Assembly (NCBI GenBank): GCA_965208835.1
Contig: OZ242358.1
Location: 32,001 to 96,000 of the forward strand
DNA: 64,000 bases
Origin: Candidatus Latescibacterota bacterium
GTDB taxonomy: Bacteria; Latescibacterota; UBA2968; GCA-2709665
Reading direction: 5' to 3'
This document shows, one piece after another, positions 17,726-29,566 of the stretch; positions within the stretch are counted from its first letter, which is position 1; each line of letters starts with the position of its first letter. The translations under genes and the position numbers were made by a program. The notes under the pieces are model-generated. The model had not been told where the DNA came from. It did no database searches and saw only the letters and a program-made list of their open reading frames with translations.

Positions 17726-17929
17726 ATGCCGATCATGCTTTCGAAGACATACGCCGCTCTGGTCGCCGCGGGGGCACCGGAGGAAGCCGCCAGCGAAGCT
17801 GCCGAAGAAATCGCCGATTTCGAGCAGAAGCTTTCAGCTATGCAAAGCGACATCAAGCTGATTAAATGGACGCTTGGCGTTGTCCTGGCGTGCGTCGTTG
17901 TTCCGCTGTTTAAATCCCTCCTTCAATGA
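17726..17929 (+). CDS. Small coiled-coil/C-terminal TM protein (DUF1640/CCDC90-like)
   Basis: YAALVAAGAPEEAA...IKLIKWTLGVVLA pattern; AAGGA RBS. Confidence 0.6.
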   Translation: MPIMLSKTYAALVAAGAPEEAASEAAEEIADFEQKLSAMQSDIKLIKWTLGVVLACVVVPLFKSLLQ

Positions 17930-18020
17930 GCCACTAAATCGATTCCGTCGTGGAATGGTACCCCTTGCCTGGCGAAACCAGAATGACCGCTCAAACCGTC
18001 GCCATCGCCGCCCGCGCTCC

Positions 18021-18860
18021 TCATCCACGCGAAGGCTCGGACATTTCCGTCCTTGCTTTGGCCGCCATCGCCGTCAGGTGGCCGTCGTGCGCCATGCCCT
18101 GCTCGAGATGGATTCTGCGTTCGGGGCCGGCGGTTGCGACCATGGTCTCGCCGTAGAGACGGTCGATCCAGAAGCGGGCATGGCCCGAAATGTAATTCTT
18201 GAAATCTTCGATTCTATCCTCGGGAAAGCGCTGTGAACAGTTGATGGTAAACATCCGTCTCCGGGGGCTGCCGCCGAAAGCGGCGTGTTTCAGGTTGTGG
18301 TTGAAGACGGCGATATCACCGGGCCGGGTTTCCAAAGCGACGCCCGGAAGCAGGTTTTCGCCCTGGACGCCCCAGTTTCGCCCGGATTCCCGGATCTGAT
18401 CCTGGACGGTCCGGGCGAAGCGATCGTCCAGGATATGGCTTCCGGGGATAACGCGCAGGCAGCCGGTGTTGCGGGTCAGTGGATCGAGGTAGAAGGCGAT
18501 CTTGACAAAGCGAACGGTCTTGCCCCAGCCGTCGGAATGCCACATGGTATCGCCGGCGTAGTAGTTTCCGTCCGAACCGACGTAGTTGTAGTCGGCGCCG
18601 AGCAGATCGACGAGCAGTCCGTTGACGCGGGGATCGTCGAGCAAGGCGCAGAGGCGTTCGTGCTGGTCGATAAACGGCACAATGCAGGACCGCCGCTCTC
18701 CGTCGTGCGGCCTTCCGTCGTGACCGCTACCGCGGTCCGCCCAGACCTGCTCGAATGCGTCGATGATGTCGTCAATTACGTCGGCCATCAGCCCGGGCAG
18801 GCACAGGAACCCGAACGTGTCGAAAAACGCGAGTTGCTGCCGGGTGAGAAGTTTCGGCAT
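18021..18860 (-). CDS. Phytanoyl-CoA dioxygenase (PhyH) family protein
   Basis: FFDTFGFL, WHSD, GCLRVIPGSH, PGDIAVFNHNLKHA. Confidence 0.9.
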   Translation of the reverse strand: MPKLLTRQQLAFFDTFGFLCLPGLMADVIDDIIDAFEQVWADRGSGHDGRPHDGERRSCIVPFIDQHERLCALLDDPRVNGLLVDLLGADYNYVGSDGNYYAGDTMWHSDGWGKTVRFVKIAFYLDPLTRNTGCLRVIPGSHILDDRFARTVQDQIRESGRNWGVQGENLLPGVALETRPGDIAVFNHNLKHAAFGGSPRRRMFTINCSQRFPEDRIEDFKNYISGHARFWIDRLYGETMVATAGPERRIHLEQGMAHDGHLTAMAAKARTEMSEPSRG

Positions 18861-19002
18861 ATCGGCACCTCTGTCGGATGTAGATGGAAACGTAACACCG
18901 GTTTGGTATATTATAGGAAGTTTTATCGAAACCCCATATAAATGATATTGGATTTTGTACAGCTATCTCTGTTTTGAACCAAAGAGTTGACGAGGAGGCG
19001 AT

Positions 19003-20019
19003 ATGTCGGTTCGGTTTGCTTTTGTCGGATTTCGTCACGGGCATATTCAAGACCTTTACAAGCGGGCGAACGGGCGCGAAGACGTGGAGGTTGTGGCTGC
19101 CTGCGAATCCGACGATCCCGCGCGGGCGGCGGCAGCAGCCGCAGGAGTAAACGTCACGCATTCGGATTCCGAGCGGATGTTGGACGAAGTGGATTGTGAC
19201 GTGGTGGCAATCGGAGAGTACTTCGCGCGGCGTGGCAGCGCGGCCATTCACGCCTTAAACGAGGGAAAGCACGTCATCGTCGATAAACCATTGTGTACCA
19301 GCCTCGACGAACTCGACGAAATCGAACGGATCGCCGGCGAGCGGAATCTGACGGTCGGTTGCATGCTGTCCATGCGGGATCACGGACAGACCATCGGCGC
19401 GAGGAACATGATTCGACAGGGTACGATCGGGGAGATCCACGCGATTTCATTCGGCGGACAGCATCCGCTGCTGCTGGGGTCGAGGCCGGGTTGGTATTTT
19501 GAAGAGGGCAAGCACGGCGGGACCATTAACGACCTTGCCATCCATGCGATTGACTGCCTTCCGTGGATAACCGGTCTGGAATTCGAGACGGTCAACGCCG
19601 CCCGGTGCTGGAACGCCTTTGCGCCGGAGTTTCCGCACTTTCGAGACGGTGCACAGATGATGTTGTCAATGGACAATGGATGCGGCGTCCTTGGAGACGT
19701 GTCGTATTTCATGCCAGACAAGGCGGGTTATTCACTGCCGTTTTACTGGCGGTACACGTTCTGGGGGCGGGATGGCGTACTCGAGGCAGGCACGACGCAG
19801 GATACGATTCAGGTGGCGTGGAAGGATTCGGAGCGGGTGGAGTCGCGGTCGATTCCTGAAGATCGGTCCGGTGGGTATCTTCAGGCATTCCTGGACGATA
19901 TCCGGGGCGAGGCCGAGGAAGGCGAACGGAGTACCGAATCGGTGATTCGCGCCGCCAAAACGGTCCTGAAGATTCAGAAGGCGGCGGATGAGAATGCGCA
20001 CGATGTACATTTGCGCTAG
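19003..20019 (+). CDS. Gfo/Idh/MocA family oxidoreductase
   Basis: FAFVGFRHGH, GKHVIVDKPL, GGTINDLAIHAID; GAGGAGG RBS. Confidence 0.9.
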   Translation: MSVRFAFVGFRHGHIQDLYKRANGREDVEVVAACESDDPARAAAAAAGVNVTHSDSERMLDEVDCDVVAIGEYFARRGSAAIHALNEGKHVIVDKPLCTSLDELDEIERIAGERNLTVGCMLSMRDHGQTIGARNMIRQGTIGEIHAISFGGQHPLLLGSRPGWYFEEGKHGGTINDLAIHAIDCLPWITGLEFETVNAARCWNAFAPEFPHFRDGAQMMLSMDNGCGVLGDVSYFMPDKAGYSLPFYWRYTFWGRDGVLEAGTTQDTIQVAWKDSERVESRSIPEDRSGGYLQAFLDDIRGEAEEGERSTESVIRAAKTVLKIQKAADENAHDVHLR

Positions 20020-20335
20020 TGGCGTTGCACTGGCCTTCTCACGTAAACGACCTCCATTGAATATTGACTCTTTCTCCGGCATTGTTTAAAGTTTTAAAAA
20101 TTCGAAACTCGTCGGGCCTTAACCTCAATCGAAAAAAACAGCAACGCGGCGACGCGATCAAACCCTCCGAAACGGGGTGTTATCGACGTATAGAAGGACG
20201 ATTTTTCCTTTCATGTCCAGTGACCTGGTGTATCCTGGTAATCCGCCGTCTAATCGCCTTTATTTACAATCACATATTCGAATTAACGTCCCCGAAGACT
20301 TTCAAATCAAGGTTAATCGTTAACGGGAGCATGTC

Positions 20336-21232
20336 GTGATGTCCGCACGACAAATATCATGGGTCTGCGGTCTTCTGTTGGTATTGGGATCGGCAGGCCG
20401 GGCGACGGCGTCCGGAAAGAGCGCGGGATTCGTGCTGCTTCGGGAGGGAATAGGCGCTCGCGCCGAAGCAATGGGCGGGGCCTATACGGCGGTCGCGCGC
20501 GATCAGACGGCGGCAGCGTGGAACCCGGCGGGCATCGGCGCCCTGACGGGCAAGGACTTTCTGGTGACCCATCACAGTTCGTTCCAGGAAATCCAGCAGA
20601 TCTATGGCGGCTGGGCTTATGGCAATGGCCGCTCCGGCGTCGCTTTGAGCCTGGGTATCTATTCGGTAGGCGGAATTGAAGCCCGGACCGGGCCGTCCGC
20701 ACAACCTCAGGGTACATTCGGCATCTACGAAATCATCGCAGGGCTCACGTACGCGAAGCGGATCAAGCCGGGTTTTTACGCCGGCGCAACCGTGCGTGCA
20801 TTGCACGAGTCCATCGGCCCCGAGCAGGCATCGGGATTCAGCGTGGACCTCGGTCTGTTTTACCGTTTCAGGATGAAGGGTCTGACCGCCGGCGCCAGCT
20901 ATCGGAATCTGGGACGTATGGAGGTGATGGATACGCAGAGGACACCTCTACCCGGGACATTTCGAGCCGGAATCGCCTGGCGGGCAAAGTGGTTGACCGG
21001 TTCTCTCGATCTGGGCGCGCCAAGACACGGTTCCGTGGGCGTGCATACCGGCGTGGAACTGCGCGTAAAACGGACGCTGTGTCTGCGTGCCGGGTACCGA
21101 ACGGGGCACGATATCCGTGACTGGTCGTTCGGATTCGGGATCCAACCGGGCAGTTGGCGGATGGAATATGCCTATGTGCCGGCCGCATTGGGACTCGACG
21201 GTTCGCATCGGCTGGAGTTCGGTATCAGGTAG
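20336..21232 (+). CDS. PorV/PorQ-family outer-membrane beta-barrel protein
   Basis: Signal peptide, GARAEAMGGAYTAVA.D..A..WNPAG, alternating beta strands. Confidence 0.8.
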   Translation: MMSARQISWVCGLLLVLGSAGRATASGKSAGFVLLREGIGARAEAMGGAYTAVARDQTAAAWNPAGIGALTGKDFLVTHHSSFQEIQQIYGGWAYGNGRSGVALSLGIYSVGGIEARTGPSAQPQGTFGIYEIIAGLTYAKRIKPGFYAGATVRALHESIGPEQASGFSVDLGLFYRFRMKGLTAGASYRNLGRMEVMDTQRTPLPGTFRAGIAWRAKWLTGSLDLGAPRHGSVGVHTGVELRVKRTLCLRAGYRTGHDIRDWSFGFGIQPGSWRMEYAYVPAALGLDGSHRLEFGIR

Positions 21233-21270
21233 CCGGCATGGAGTCCACGTCAGCGCCGTGACGAGACGGG

Positions 21271-22266
21271 ATGAATCGACGGTCGAATGGTGAGGAATTT
21301 TTGGGACAGGGCACTAGAGACCGCATATGGCTGAACGTCCTGTTGTTCGTCCTGACTGCGTACACGACAACCGCCGCGGGCGTGCAGATGGCGGTCGCCA
21401 TGCACGTGGCGGTTTCACCAGAATCCCTTCCCCGGGACTTGTACTCGACGGAGCTGCTGTGGAATCCGAAATATCTGGTTCTGGGGCTTCCGTTTTCCGG
21501 AACCCTGTTATTGATTCTGGGCATCCACGAGATGGGGCACTACCTCACCTCCCGCCGTTGGATGGTGCGCGCGACCTTGCCTTATTTCATTCCCTTTCCG
21601 TCATTCATCGGTACCCTGGGTGCTGTAATCAAGATCAGATCCCGCATTCCGAATCGGCGCGCGCTGATGGACATCGGAGCCTCCGGACCGCTCGCCGGTT
21701 TCGTAGTTGCCCTGCTTGCCCTGATCGTCGGGTTGCATCTGTCCGAAATCGTGCCCGTCTCAACCTTTGCCGAAGGCGGGATTTCACTCGGCAATTCCAT
21801 TCTGGGCAGGTGGTTGACGAATCAGATTATCGGAGACCTCCCCGATGGATTTGCGATCTACGATCATCCGATTTTCGTGGCCGGCTGGCTGGGCCTCTTT
21901 GTGACCGCACTGAATCTCATGCCGGTGGGACAGTTCGACGGCGGGCATATTGTCTATGCATTCGGAGGGGCGCGCATCCACGCGCTCGTTTCGAAAGCGG
22001 CGCTTTTCGTTCTTGGAGGCCTGTGGGCGCTGGGGCCGCCGTATGACTGGCTGTACGTCCAGGATGGCGTCTCAACCTGGCTCGATACCCGGTGGCCGGG
22101 ATGGCTCATCTGGATACTCATCGCGTTGGTGCTGGGGCGCCGGCATACCCCGACGGGCGACCCCGATCTGGCTCTCGATCCGTTTCGGAAACTGATGGGA
22201 TATCTTTCTCTCATCATCTTCGTGCTTTGTTTTGTGCCGCGGCCCGTTAGCTTTTCCGTGCCTTAA
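21271..22266 (+). CDS. Site-2 protease (M50)
   Basis: HEMGH, GPLAG, NLMPVGQFDGGH; multiple TM segments. Confidence 0.92.
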   Translation: MNRRSNGEEFLGQGTRDRIWLNVLLFVLTAYTTTAAGVQMAVAMHVAVSPESLPRDLYSTELLWNPKYLVLGLPFSGTLLLILGIHEMGHYLTSRRWMVRATLPYFIPFPSFIGTLGAVIKIRSRIPNRRALMDIGASGPLAGFVVALLALIVGLHLSEIVPVSTFAEGGISLGNSILGRWLTNQIIGDLPDGFAIYDHPIFVAGWLGLFVTALNLMPVGQFDGGHIVYAFGGARIHALVSKAALFVLGGLWALGPPYDWLYVQDGVSTWLDTRWPGWLIWILIALVLGRRHTPTGDPDLALDPFRKLMGYLSLIIFVLCFVPRPVSFSVP

Positions 22267-22271
22267 ATTTA

Positions 22272-22433
22272 GAAGCTGTATTAAAATTCCCGGCGGTCTT
22301 CGCGCGGCTGCAAAAGCGCCGGTCGGCGTTGGTCAAATCCACCCGTATAGATAAATATGGGCGGATTTTCCCGCCTTGACCGCCACTTTTTCGCTCGCGC
22401 TCGGGAACTCACCGGTAATTTTAATACAGCTTC
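22272..22433 (+). mobile_element. MITE family A, copy 3 (short loop type 3)
   Basis: Perfect TIR GAAGCTGTATTAAAATT/AATTTTAATACAGCTTC; TTA on both sides. Confidence 0.9.
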
Positions 22434-22609
22434 TTACCCTGGACGCGTTCCGTCTCCCCTGCTCCGGAATTTGGGCCCGACATCTCTCCCCCTGTTGAAT
22501 CCATCGATCTTCCCCGCTACGGTCAATCCCGAAATGAGCCGGGTCCGGTTTGCCCGTGCCGAATCGTATTTCGTTCGGTACGCCCGGTATCGCAATTCTT
22601 CATGCTGCT

Positions 22610-23851
22610 ATGGCAAAGACATCCAAAAGGCGCTCCGGCGCCGCGGGAGCGGAAGGAAAAGCCAGGGGTTCTCGCCGAGTGAAAATGGCCCGCAGACGGC
22701 GACGAATGTCATTGCGCCTCTGGACACTGGCATTTGTGCTGGCGTTGGCGGCCGGACTGGCCGGGTGGATGCGGTGGCGCGCGGTCGTAGCCCCGACTTA
22801 CGAACCGAGTGTCGCGCTGACTCAACCGGAGCAATGGCGGACGCTTCCGGCGGGTCCGTTGGCGTTTGCAGATTCCGTGGCATCACAGGCGCCCGCTGTT
22901 CTGAAGGGACTCGGCGTTCCTGAAGGGGTCCTTTCCATCAGGCGGTCGAAGGCGCAGACCGACAGTACCGCCCGCTGGGTGATGACCTCCGACGTACCCG
23001 ACGGGCTGCCATTAGCGGTCTGCAACCTGCAACTGACCCGGCTTGCCCGGCGTCTGGGCGGCGACGTCGTTGAAGCCGTGGAAGACCGCAACGGCGCCAG
23101 GCTGTCGATGTACGTAGGCATGGATGGCGTCCGCACGAATCAGATCATATTGAAACGAAACGCCAGGCTTGTTCGATTGTCGGGCCGGGTCGCCATTATA
23201 GTAGTCGATTTCGGAGATCAGAACGAGGCGTTGATTCGCGGATTCTGCGCGTTGAAACAGACGATTACGTTCTCTGTCTTTCCAGGCCGGGAAAAAACCA
23301 CCTGGATTGCTGAACAGGCAGCCGCAGCCGGGCATGGCGTCATGGTGTATCTGTCGATGGAACCCCTGAGCTATCCTCGCCATGACCCGGGTCCAAACGC
23401 GGTGCTCATGGACCACTCACCGAAAAAAATCAGGACGTTGATTCGAATGGCGCGGGCGAACCTGCCTCAGGCAACCGGAATGAACAACCATATGGGATCG
23501 CGATTGACGGAGGACCCCACCGCAATCGGCAGAGTATTGAAAGAAATAGACCGCCATGGTCTCTTCTTCGTGGACAGCTTCACCAGTCCGCGCTCAATAG
23601 CATGGTCTGTCGCGGAGGTAATGGGAATGCCGGCCGGCCGGAACGCGAAGTTTCTGGATCAAGAGGACACACAGGAGGCGGTCGAAAAATCCGTCGAGGC
23701 CCTGGCGGAAATGGCTGGTATAACCGGGACGGTGATTGCCATTGGAAGCGCGAGGCCGGCCACACTCGCGGCGCTCGAACGCGTGCTGCCGAAGCTCGAA
23801 AAACGGGGAATCGAATTCGTCAGCGCCAGGAATGCCGTAACAGTCCGTTGA
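22610..23851 (+). CDS. Divergent polysaccharide deacetylase (YibQ/DUF610) family protein, membrane-anchored
   Basis: N-terminal TM; MEP, NNHMGS, FFVDS, FLD motifs; several usual Asp/His positions altered. Confidence 0.82.
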   Translation: MAKTSKRRSGAAGAEGKARGSRRVKMARRRRRMSLRLWTLAFVLALAAGLAGWMRWRAVVAPTYEPSVALTQPEQWRTLPAGPLAFADSVASQAPAVLKGLGVPEGVLSIRRSKAQTDSTARWVMTSDVPDGLPLAVCNLQLTRLARRLGGDVVEAVEDRNGARLSMYVGMDGVRTNQIILKRNARLVRLSGRVAIIVVDFGDQNEALIRGFCALKQTITFSVFPGREKTTWIAEQAAAAGHGVMVYLSMEPLSYPRHDPGPNAVLMDHSPKKIRTLIRMARANLPQATGMNNHMGSRLTEDPTAIGRVLKEIDRHGLFFVDSFTSPRSIAWSVAEVMGMPAGRNAKFLDQEDTQEAVEKSVEALAEMAGITGTVIAIGSARPATLAALERVLPKLEKRGIEFVSARNAVTVR

Positions 23852-23947
23852 TAGAGTTGCTCCGCAGGCCAAGCCGATGAGGCCGAGGACAAGGCGCGCG
23901 TTCGGCGCTGGCATTCGCCGCGAGTCCGATCATCGACCCGACCCTGT
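23840..23947 (-). mobile_element. MITE family B, copy 3 (partial/degenerate)
   Basis: Begins ACAGTCCGTTGATAGAGTTGCTCCGCAGG like 15229 onward; right boundary approximate. Confidence 0.6.
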
Positions 23948-23964
23948 TCAGAATTCAATACCCG

Positions 23965-23993
23965 TTGACTTGCACTGAAACGCTTGGTATATT
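23965..23993 (+). promoter_or_regulatory. Sigma70-type promoter of the tgt-yajC-fmt run
   Basis: TTGACT-17 nt-TATATT with extended -10 TG. Confidence 0.65.
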
Positions 23994-24066
23994 TGGGCTG
24001 CGCCAGGGCTGAAAACTGGGACATATCGCACTGCGGCAATCGCGTAACGAAGTCTTCGGTACCTTA

Positions 24067-25449
<1,383 letters not shown>

Positions 25450-25474
25450 AGTGATTCTATCGTTCAGTTTATAA

Positions 25475-25660
25475 GAAGCTGTGTTAAAATTACCGGTGAG
25501 TTCCCGAGCGCGAGCGAAAAAGTGGCGGTCAAGGCGGGAAAACTCGCCTATGAGAGGCGAGCAGGCGCAGCCTCGATCTCGTAAGACGGGTGGGTTTGAC
25601 CAACGCCGACCGGCGCTTTTGCAGCCGCGCGAAGACCGCTGGGAATTTTAAGACGGCTTC
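25475..25660 (-). mobile_element. MITE family A, copy 4 (loop type 2)
   Basis: GAAGCTGTGTTAAAATT...AATTTTAAGACGGCTTC; TAA on both sides. Confidence 0.9.
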
Positions 25661-25690
25661 TAATACTGACTTTTTCAAGGAGGGTTACCT

Positions 25691-26017
25691 TTGTTTGGCG
25701 TAAGCGAAGCGTTCGCAATGGGCGGCCAGCCGACCGATGGGTCCAGCCCGGGATTTCTTGTGCAGATTTTTCCTTTGTTGTTGATGGTCATCGTCGTCTA
25801 CCTGTTGATCTTTCGCCCCCAGATCAAAAAACAGAAGGCGCAGCAGGCGATGATCGACAGCCTGAAAAAGGGCAATAAAATCGTAACGTCAGGAGGGCTT
25901 CACGGAACGATCGTGGGTATCAAGGACGAGGAGGGTATCCTGGTCGTACAGGTCGCCAAGGAAGTCCGCCTTCAGGTTGCCAGGGGATCGGTCTCCCGGG
26001 TTGTGGATGAAGAGTGA
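25691..26017 (+). CDS. yajC: Preprotein translocase subunit YajC
   Basis: TM then IFRPQ.K...LKKG.KIVTSGGLHG; follows tgt. Confidence 0.95.
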   Translation: MFGVSEAFAMGGQPTDGSSPGFLVQIFPLLLMVIVVYLLIFRPQIKKQKAQQAMIDSLKKGNKIVTSGGLHGTIVGIKDEEGILVVQVAKEVRLQVARGSVSRVVDEE

Positions 26018-26083
26018 TCGGGGACCTGACCGGGAATGGCACCGGGGATTCCGGCGGAATCGGGTCCCTGATTGGAGACGGAT

Positions 26084-27028
26084 GTGAAGCTGGTATTCAT
26101 GGGGACGCCCGACTTCGCTGTGCCGTCCCTGGACCGTCTGGCGGCTTGCGGCCACGAAATCGCCGCGGTCGTGACCCGGCCGGACCGGCCTCGGGGGCGA
26201 GGGCGGAAACTGGCGCCGCCTCCCGTGAAGACGGCCGCCCGCCGGTTGGGAATTCCGGTTATGCAGCCGCACTCTCTGGATGCCACGGACTTTCTGGATC
26301 GGCTTCGGCGCTTCGACGCGGATCTTTTCGTCGTGGTCGCGTTTGTCATATTGCCGCCTGTTGTGTTGAAGATTCCAAGGTTCGGCTCGGTGAACCTGCA
26401 TCCCTCCCTGTTGCCGAAGTATCGCGGGGCGGCGCCGATCAACTGGGCGATTATCCGGGGAGAAACCGAAACCGGAATAAGCGTATTCCGTCTGACCACG
26501 CGGGTGGACGCGGGGGATCTGCTGTTTCAGCAGGTCGTGGGGATCGGACAGGACGAAACGGCAGGAGAGCTCTCGGATCGGTTACGGACAATGGGGGCCG
26601 ATGCGCTTGCCGCCGTCGTCGACGGGCTGGAAAGAGACGAGTTGACATCGAAGCCGCAGCCCGACAAGGGGGTCACCCGGGCGCCGCGGCTGGACAAGGA
26701 GGACGGCCGGATCGACTGGACCTGCTGCGCGGCGTCGATCCGCAATCTCGTTCGCGGAACCAACCCGTTTCCGGGAGCGTTTACGACCTGGAGAGGCGAA
26801 TATCTGAAGGTGCATCGGGCAGAGGCCGCCCACGGAGCCGGGCTGCCCGGCGAGGTGATCGTGGCGGACGGGAGGAAGGGATGTGTGATAGCCGCCGGCG
26901 AAGGAACCCTCGCGATTGAAGAAGTGCAGCCGGCGGGCAAGGGACGGATGAGCGGCGCCGAACTGGTGCGCGGGTATCGGATTGAAGCCGGCGAGATCTT
27001 CGGAGACGCTGCTCGGAACTGCGAATAA
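26084..27028 (+). CDS. fmt: Methionyl-tRNA formyltransferase
   Basis: FMGTPDFA, VNLHPSLLPKYRGAAPI, DAGD; GTG start after GGAG. Confidence 0.95.
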   Translation: MKLVFMGTPDFAVPSLDRLAACGHEIAAVVTRPDRPRGRGRKLAPPPVKTAARRLGIPVMQPHSLDATDFLDRLRRFDADLFVVVAFVILPPVVLKIPRFGSVNLHPSLLPKYRGAAPINWAIIRGETETGISVFRLTTRVDAGDLLFQQVVGIGQDETAGELSDRLRTMGADALAAVVDGLERDELTSKPQPDKGVTRAPRLDKEDGRIDWTCCAASIRNLVRGTNPFPGAFTTWRGEYLKVHRAEAAHGAGLPGEVIVADGRKGCVIAAGEGTLAIEEVQPAGKGRMSGAELVRGYRIEAGEIFGDAARNCE

Positions 27029-27084
27029 TTGACGTCACATCGGAAGAACAGGCAGTACATATTCTCGAAGGAGGTGTTGCGTTT

Positions 27085-27780
27085 ATGTTTCCACTCTTCT
27101 GGGACCCGACACTGATTCTTGTGATTCCGGGGTTCATCCTGGCGCTGTGGGCGCAGTTCAAGGTCAAGCGTACATTCGCCAGATATGATGAATTCGGTTC
27201 CCGAAGCGGTTGGACCGCGGACCAGGTCGCCCGTGATATTCTGCGGAGAGGCCGCGTTTCAGTGAAAGTGGAGAACGTGGGCGGCAAGCTGACCGATCAC
27301 TACGATCCGCGGGACCATACGCTGCGTCTGTCGGACAGCACATTCGGATCGCGTTCGCTCGCGGCCATCGGCGTGGCGGCGCATGAGGCCGGCCATGCGT
27401 TTCAGCACGCGCACGGGTACTTTCCCCTGAGCCTGCGGACGAATATCGTCCCGGTGGCCAATTTCGGCTCCTGGGTGGGTATGCCCCTGTTTTTTATCGG
27501 TTTTTTATTTCAATCCGGATTTATGCTTCAACTCGGCATCGTATTCTTTTCCTTCGCCGTCCTGTTCGGGCTCGTCACGCTGCCGGTGGAGTTCAATGCC
27601 AGCAGCAGGGCCATTGCCATTCTCCAGGACGGCGGATACCTGACCCGGGAAGAAATCCCCGCGGCCCGAAAGGTATTGAATGCTGCGGCCTGGACCTACG
27701 TCGCTTCGGCGCTGGTAGCGGTACTTTCCCTGTTTCGGATGTTGATCCTTTCCGGCTTTCTTGGCGGAAGCGACGAATAG
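27085..27780 (+). CDS. Membrane zinc metallopeptidase (YugP/Zn_peptidase_2)
   Basis: LTDHYDP, AAHEAGHA, TLPVEFNASSRA. Confidence 0.92.
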   Translation: MFPLFWDPTLILVIPGFILALWAQFKVKRTFARYDEFGSRSGWTADQVARDILRRGRVSVKVENVGGKLTDHYDPRDHTLRLSDSTFGSRSLAAIGVAAHEAGHAFQHAHGYFPLSLRTNIVPVANFGSWVGMPLFFIGFLFQSGFMLQLGIVFFSFAVLFGLVTLPVEFNASSRAIAILQDGGYLTREEIPAARKVLNAAAWTYVASALVAVLSLFRMLILSGFLGGSDE

Positions 27781-27841
27781 AGTCCGGACTCTGAAACCAG
27801 GCGATAGCCTCAACGCCCGGGCTTATGTGAGGAGGGGAGCA

Positions 27842-28885
27842 ATGTATGATGTCGTAACCTTCGGGGAGGCGATGATCCGATTGTCGTCGCCGGAATACCG
27901 CCGGCTGGAGAATTCCATTAGTCTGGATGTCGAGATAGGCGGAGGCGAGTACAACGTGGCGGTTGCCTGCGCGCATCTGGGGCTGAATACGGCGTGGGTA
28001 TCCCGGCTGGTGGACAACTGGACAGGGTGGATCATTCGGAACAAGGGCCGGGAACACGGCGTGGACATGTCCAATATAGACTGGGTGGATTTTGACGGTG
28101 TCGGTTTCGAACGGAACGGGTTTTACCACGTCGAACTGGGCGTCGGGCCGCGTGCCAGCGCGGTGACGTACGACCGCGCGAATTCCGCGATTTCAAACAT
28201 CGAGCCCGGCATGGTGGACTGGAAGTCCATTTTCGAGGGCGCGAAATGGTTTCACGTGAGCGGCATCACGCCTGCACTTTCCGACAGTGCAGCAAATACG
28301 ACGATTGAAGCCCTGGAGGCGGCCAGCGAGGCCGGGGTAACGACGAGTTACGATTTGAACTTCCGGTCGAAGCTTTGGAGTTCGGAGAGAGCCCAGGAGA
28401 CCAGCAGCAGGATTGTTCCGCTGGTCAAGGTACTGATTGGCAACGAAGAGGACTTTGAAAAGGTCCTGGGGTTGAAGGCGGAGGGCTCGGAAGACGACTA
28501 CAGTCAACTGGACCCCGAAAGCTACAAGGACGTGGCGCGGCGGGCGGTCGAACGTTATCCCAATGTGGATTACGTGGGCACGACGCTGCGGGTTGCAAAG
28601 ACGGGACTGCTGAACGACTGGCGTACGCTCCTGTTCGACGGCGACGCGTTCTACCTGTCTCGAATCTTCGAGGATCTGGAAATGGTCGACCGCGTCGGAG
28701 GCGGGGACAGCTTCTCGGCGGGGTTGATATCCAGTCTGATCGAGGGGGTGGATCCCCAGTCGGCGGTTGATTTTGCGGGCGCGTATTCAGCCCTTGCACA
28801 TACCTTCCTGGGAGACGTAAACTGGGCGACGCGGGCGGAGGCGGAATCCGCCATGAAGGGCGCCGCGGCCAGAATCCGGCGGTAG
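27842..28885 (+). CDS. kdgK: 2-keto-3-deoxygluconate kinase-like PfkB sugar kinase
   Basis: FGEAMIRLS, SGITPALS, DLNFRSKLW, DRVGGGDSFSAG; adjacent to eda. Confidence 0.85.
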   Translation: MYDVVTFGEAMIRLSSPEYRRLENSISLDVEIGGGEYNVAVACAHLGLNTAWVSRLVDNWTGWIIRNKGREHGVDMSNIDWVDFDGVGFERNGFYHVELGVGPRASAVTYDRANSAISNIEPGMVDWKSIFEGAKWFHVSGITPALSDSAANTTIEALEAASEAGVTTSYDLNFRSKLWSSERAQETSSRIVPLVKVLIGNEEDFEKVLGLKAEGSEDDYSQLDPESYKDVARRAVERYPNVDYVGTTLRVAKTGLLNDWRTLLFDGDAFYLSRIFEDLEMVDRVGGGDSFSAGLISSLIEGVDPQSAVDFAGAYSALAHTFLGDVNWATRAEAESAMKGAAARIRR

Positions 28886-28924
28886 AGTGCCGCTCGTGAT
28901 CGCACAGAAAGAGGAGAATACCGT

Positions 28925-29566
28925 ATGCCCGGCGTGCTGGATCGAATCATCGACTGCGGTGTGGTGGCGGTTCTGAGGGCGGACTCACCCACGGAACTGA
29001 TGGATGTATCCCGGGCGCTTCGGGAAGGCGGCGTGGTTGCCATTGAGGTGACAATGACCGTGCCGGGGGCGCTCAAGGTCATTGAGGAGGCGTCCGCGAA
29101 AATGGAGGACACCATCGTGGGCGTCGGATCCGTCCTGGATCCCGAGACGGCGCGCGCGGCCATTCTGGCAGGTGCGGAGTACGTCGTGGGCCCCACGCTG
29201 AATCCGGAAGTAATCACGATGGCAAAGCGCTACGGCAAAGTGGTGATGCCCGCCGGGTTCACGCCTACGGAGATTCTTGCCGCATGGCAGGCGGGGGCGG
29301 ATGTTGTCAAGGTTTTCCCTGCCGGTGTCGGCGGTCCTTCCTATTTCAAGGATGTAAAAGGGCCGCTGCCCCAGGTGCGACTGATGCCGACGGGCGGGGT
29401 GGACTCCAGGACGACGCCGGAGTTCATCAAGGCGGGCGCCTGCGCGGTGGGTGCCGGGAGCGCGATGGTGGATAAACGGGCGGTGGCGAAGAAGGACTGG
29501 GCCGCGTTAACGGCGACCGCCCGGGCCTTTGTGGATGCCGTGAAACAGGCGCGGGCCGAGATGTGA
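28925..29566 (+). CDS. eda: KDPG/KHG aldolase
   Basis: IEVT, FTPTEI, VKVFPA, MPTGGV. Confidence 0.92.
   Translation: MPGVLDRIIDCGVVAVLRADSPTELMDVSRALREGGVVAIEVTMTVPGALKVIEEASAKMEDTIVGVGSVLDPETARAAILAGAEYVVGPTLNPEVITMAKRYGKVVMPAGFTPTEILAAWQAGADVVKVFPAGVGGPSYFKDVKGPLPQVRLMPTGGVDSRTTPEFIKAGACAVGAGSAMVDKRAVAKKDWAALTATARAFVDAVKQARAEM

Noticed and set aside
17726-17929. Prophage remnant
   Set aside because: Single small gene with no integrase, structural genes or att repeats nearby.
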